Below are positions 60,671 to 64,000 of a DNA stretch of 64,000 bases, one piece after another. Position 1 is the stretch's first letter. Every line of letters begins with the position of its first letter. The notes beneath the pieces were generated by a model. It searched no databases. It was not told the DNA's origin and saw nothing but the letters and a program-made list of their open reading frames with translations. Position numbers and translations under genes: made by a program. The stretch is taken from contig CAZFRF010000001.1 of assembly GCA_964521295.1 (NCBI GenBank), positions 641,016 through 705,015 of the forward strand, written 5' to 3'. The DNA is from an uncultured Gammaproteobacteria bacterium (GTDB taxonomy: Bacteria > Patescibacteriota > Microgenomatia > Levybacterales > UBA12049).

Positions 60671-61981
60671 CTAACTCAATGCAGCTTCAATTAATTTATA
60701 TCCTCTGGTTTTAACTGTTAAAATTTCAAATTTATTACTCTGATCCTTTAATTTTCCCCTAACTCTAGCCACTAATTTATCCACTGCCCAATCCGAAACG
60801 CCCAACTCCTCTTCTTCTGGCCAAACAACCTCTATTATGTCTTCTCTCTCGCAGAGTTTATCTTTATTTTCAAGCAAGAAATTAAAAAGAATATTTTCTT
60901 TTTTACTAAATTCCCTTGCGCTATCCTTAGTCTCTGTTTGTAGGGATTTAGCTAAAACAAATTCTTCAAAAAGAAGACTAAATATCTTATCATGGACTCC
61001 GCCAGTTACGATAAATCCTGTATCCCACAAGTATGCTCCCTCTCGTTTTTCCTCAGATAAAATATTTTCTTTTTTAGCAATTTTTATTAACACATCTTGT
61101 TCTTTTTTATCTAGTGTTTCCCACAACTCTTCTGATTGGAAACTAATTCTTTCATCATTTATTAAGCCTAAATACAAATCCTCTTTAGTTTTAATCTCGC
61201 CTCCTTTTTCATGAAGAAAGATTAAAGCAAGTTGCAAATACTGCGTATAACCATCAACTAAATCAAAAAAGTAATTTTCAAATTCAGATTTTAATTTAAT
61301 ACCTGATCTTTTTTTATATGCATCATAAATTACCTTAACATCGTCTCGCTTGGCTGGTTTTAAATACATGTTTCTAAAAAAGACTGACCAAGAAGTACTT
61401 GGAGCAAGCTGGGGAATTAACTTTTTTAACGATCTATAACTCGTGAATACAAAAGACACTTGTTGATTAAATGCTTTTATGCCTTCGAGGTTTGCGAAAA
61501 ACTCTGAGGTAACAACATTTTTGATTCTGTCGAAGCGCAGAAAAAATAATGTAGTTGAATACCCCTGCTCTGTGATCAAAGACAAAGCAATTCTCACGCA
61601 ATCAATTGTAAAGAAAAGATCTTGAAGCTGAATACTTTCCAGAAACATATTACCTATTCTCTTCTTCACCTTTATATCAATTGGTGATTTATCTACCAAA
61701 TCAACTAACCTTTTTAGGGTTAGTGTCCAAAAAGGAATAATCTCTGTTTCAACCAAATCATTCAGATCAACTGCGATAAATAAGTGTTTTTTGTAATCTT
61801 TAATGTATGTTCCCGGAATATCAATGTTATTTATAAAAAATCTTAAAAAATTACTTATTCCAACTTTTCTCATCCCTACCAAGACAACACTGTGTCTGTT
61901 TTTTAAATGCTTTCCAAGCTCTATAGAATCCCCTTGCCTAAAGGTTAACGGATAACTTGTTTCAATAATTCCTTCAATCAT
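60671..61981 (-). CDS. Transcriptional regulator: N-terminal ATPase-like (archaeal-ATPase/AAA_16-like, degenerate P-loop) domain plus C-terminal OmpR/PhoB-type winged-helix DNA-binding domain
   Basis: C-terminus REDIIEVVWPEE...VDKLVARVRGKL...ILTVKTRGYKL matches the trans_reg_C signature. N-terminus VLVGMRKVGISNFLRFF resembles GxRRVGKTsLL but has Ile in place of the Walker-A Lys. Confidence 0.55.
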   Translation of the reverse strand: MIEGIIETSYPLTFRQGDSIELGKHLKNRHSVVLVGMRKVGISNFLRFFINNIDIPGTYIKDYKKHLFIAVDLNDLVETEIIPFWTLTLKRLVDLVDKSPIDIKVKKRIGNMFLESIQLQDLFFTIDCVRIALSLITEQGYSTTLFFLRFDRIKNVVTSEFFANLEGIKAFNQQVSFVFTSYRSLKKLIPQLAPSTSWSVFFRNMYLKPAKRDDVKVIYDAYKKRSGIKLKSEFENYFFDLVDGYTQYLQLALIFLHEKGGEIKTKEDLYLGLINDERISFQSEELWETLDKKEQDVLIKIAKKENILSEEKREGAYLWDTGFIVTGGVHDKIFSLLFEEFVLAKSLQTETKDSAREFSKKENILFNFLLENKDKLCEREDIIEVVWPEEEELGVSDWAVDKLVARVRGKLKDQSNKFEILTVKTRGYKLIEAALS

Positions 61982-62100
61982 ATTGCTAATTGTAATTTTT
62001 TAGCCTTAATATAGCAATAGCCTCAAATGTCAGTTTAATGTCAGACAAAAATCTAACTTGAGTCAAGCTCATTTCCTATATTTGACGTATCATATTTAAC

Positions 62101-62286
62101 ATGGCAACACCAGAAAGACCAATTGAGGTAAGACATCTTTCTCCAAAAGGAGATAGATTAGTAAGAGCAGGAGCTATTCACTTAGCTATTGTTGGAGGAG
62201 AAGTAACTCCCATTGCAGGAGTTAGAATAAAAAACCTAAATACAGGTGAAATTAGAGAACCTTTAACCTCCGGTATTAAAGCTTAA
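62101..62286 (+). CDS. small hypothetical protein
   Basis: 61-aa ORF, moderately GC-rich, in the regulator-nth intergenic region. No recognisable motifs. Confidence 0.25.
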   Translation: MATPERPIEVRHLSPKGDRLVRAGAIHLAIVGGEVTPIAGVRIKNLNTGEIREPLTSGIKA

Positions 62287-62326
62287 TCACTTTGCGATAA
62301 TACGGCAATTTTGAGATAATTATGCC

Positions 62327-62989
62327 GTGAATAAACAACAAGCTCTTAAGATTTTTAATATTCTTAAAAAGCATTACCCCAATGCAGAAACCATACTTAA
62401 ATTCTCAAATAATTTTGAGCTTCTTGTAAGTGTTATGCTCTCGGCACAAACTACAGATCTACAAGTAAATAAGGTTACTGCCCTTCTTTTCCCTAAATAT
62501 CAAAAACAAAATCCTAAATGCTTAAAACATTATGATCAGCTTAAAAACCTAGATCTTTCAAAAAAAGAATTAATCGAGATAATTAACTTTGCAGAAGCAA
62601 ACCTTGTTGAACTCGAAAATGATATTAAGTCAATTGGACTCTTCAAAACCAAAGCTAGAAATATTCAAGCAATGGCCAAACTGTTACTTAGAGATTTTAA
62701 GGGTTTAATTCCTAAAACAATAACGGAACTTACTAGCCTTCCAGGCGTAGGTCGAAAAACAGCAAATGTAGTTTTAGCAAATGCTTATGGTATTACTGAA
62801 GGAATTGCTGTTGATACTCATGTAAAAAAATTATCACTAAAATATGGACTTACCAAAAACACAAATCCCGATAAAATTGAAAAAGATTTAATGCATCTTT
62901 TCCCCAAAGAAAAATGGATAGAACTTACCTATCTTCTGATTGATCATGGAAGAAATCTAAAAAATTTAAAACAAGACTTTATTTCTTAG
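62327..62989 (+). CDS. nth: Endonuclease III-like HhH-GPD base-excision DNA glycosylase
   Basis: HhH-GPD blocks LLVSVMLSAQTTDLQVNKVT and LPGVGRKTANVVL with a catalytic Asp. A C-terminal 4Fe-4S Cys cluster is not evident. Confidence 0.7.
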   Translation: MNKQQALKIFNILKKHYPNAETILKFSNNFELLVSVMLSAQTTDLQVNKVTALLFPKYQKQNPKCLKHYDQLKNLDLSKKELIEIINFAEANLVELENDIKSIGLFKTKARNIQAMAKLLLRDFKGLIPKTITELTSLPGVGRKTANVVLANAYGITEGIAVDTHVKKLSLKYGLTKNTNPDKIEKDLMHLFPKEKWIELTYLLIDHGRNLKNLKQDFIS

Positions 62990-63995
62990 CAAGATTCAAC
63001 ACAAGCCTTTGGTCTGTTAAAACATCTTTAGACATGTATACCCTTGCCCCCTCAGTTTTAAACTTATCAGAAGCATTAACTAATCTAAATGTCCCAGGAA
63101 AACTTACTGACAAAACATAGGGAAAACTATCTATACCTGGTTGTTTATATAATTTTAAATCATAAATAAATTCAGGCCTTAGTACATTTATTTTCTCAGG
63201 CATATCGAAAGTTAACTCTATCTTTTTTAAAGAATTAGCTTCTACTGAATTTAAAAAGCCAAAAATCGTCTTTCCTTCTTCATTTTGCTGATCAACCTCA
63301 AATCCGACTGGGGGAATAAAATTTTTTGCCTCATATTTAATTGGGTTGGTAATCGCAGGAGTGATGCTTTGCACTGTATCATTAATCTTTAATCCCACTA
63401 ATTTCGTTCCAGCAGGAGTGAGTAGTCTAAGATAGCTTTTATAAAAGCTTTTTTTACCTAAAGACGCTGGCGCATTGTTTTTAAAATTAATTTGAATTTT
63501 TTGAGCAACATGTCCTTTATCATCAATAACTACATTTTGCGAAACGCTCCTGCTAATATAATAGTTCACTTTATTTGCACCTAAATTTGCTTCATTAATT
63601 CCAAAATAATCATTAAAAATTGTGTCGCTTTTCTTACGTGTATCCAAAAGGGTTGATCCCCATCCATTTACAGAAAAAACAGATTGTAGGGCAACATTAT
63701 TAAAAGCAAATAAAATATGCTTTTCAAATATTGAATCTGATAAAGATTTAATAAGAGATGTATACGCTAAGTTCTTGTCTTGATTAAGCTTTGTCTGAAG
63801 TGATTTATATAATGCATTTAAAAAATCTTTTTTCTGAGTAGACCCAGGGAAAAAGTTATCCTCTACATGTGCCGTAACAACCCTAAGTAAATTATCCGCA
63901 CTTACTGTTTCATTGTAATCTAAAACTTTAACTGGACCAGTAGCACTTAAAATACTTTTTACAAACGATAAGTCTACTGCCATTACCCCATCCAC
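62979..63995 (-). CDS. hypothetical protein, probably N-terminally truncated by the window edge
   Basis: ORF reaches the 3' edge of the window. No confident motif. Ser/Asn/Lys-rich, predicted secreted or soluble. Confidence 0.35.
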   Translation of the reverse strand: MDGVMAVDLSFVKSILSATGPVKVLDYNETVSADNLLRVVTAHVEDNFFPGSTQKKDFLNALYKSLQTKLNQDKNLAYTSLIKSLSDSIFEKHILFAFNNVALQSVFSVNGWGSTLLDTRKKSDTIFNDYFGINEANLGANKVNYYISRSVSQNVVIDDKGHVAQKIQINFKNNAPASLGKKSFYKSYLRLLTPAGTKLVGLKINDTVQSITPAITNPIKYEAKNFIPPVGFEVDQQNEEGKTIFGFLNSVEANSLKKIELTFDMPEKINVLRPEFIYDLKLYKQPGIDSFPYVLSVSFPGTFRLVNASDKFKTEGARVYMSKDVLTDQRLVLNLAKK

Positions 63996-64000
63996 AGCTT

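Overview
This 64-kb window is an AT-rich (about 30% GC) bacterial chromosomal segment, read with the standard genetic code. It has tightly packed and often overlapping genes, and several probable leaderless promoters sit directly in front of start codons. Housekeeping genes make up much of it: groES and groEL, lepA, murJ, rpsT, tpiA, a UvrD/PcrA helicase, pyk, rpoD, dnaG, purA, ruvCAB, rplY, valS, nth, msrA and a bacterial TopIB. The accessory content is mostly cell-envelope biogenesis, with four clusters. The first is a Gram-positive-type surface-display toolkit: a sortase translationally coupled to a 48-aa secreted Thr/Pro-rich peptide, two LPxTG-type surface proteins, and FemAB, LCP and Rpf-like genes. 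The second is two glycan operons that together resemble the mycobacterial arabinogalactan logic (WecA-like initiator, processive GT2, UbiA/DPPR-synthase-like, Glf-like flavoenzyme, several GT-C proteins, LCP ligase). The third is a WbpB/WbpE/WbpD-like amino-sugar operon. The fourth is a redox neighbourhood containing Ni-superoxide dismutase with its SodX-like maturation peptidase and an ApbE / FMN-binding / membrane-FNR flavin module. Beside a tRNA-Asn(GUU) there are compositionally anomalous, GC-richer ORFs of unknown function. Another lies in a purA-downstream gap, and there is an unusual regulator with a degenerate P-loop plus an OmpR-type wHTH. The gene content fits a reduced-genome, Gram-positive-type envelope lineage such as Patescibacteria/CPR (for example Saccharibacteria-like). 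That taxonomic placement is an inference, not something the sequence proves. No CRISPR array, rRNA or integrase was seen.
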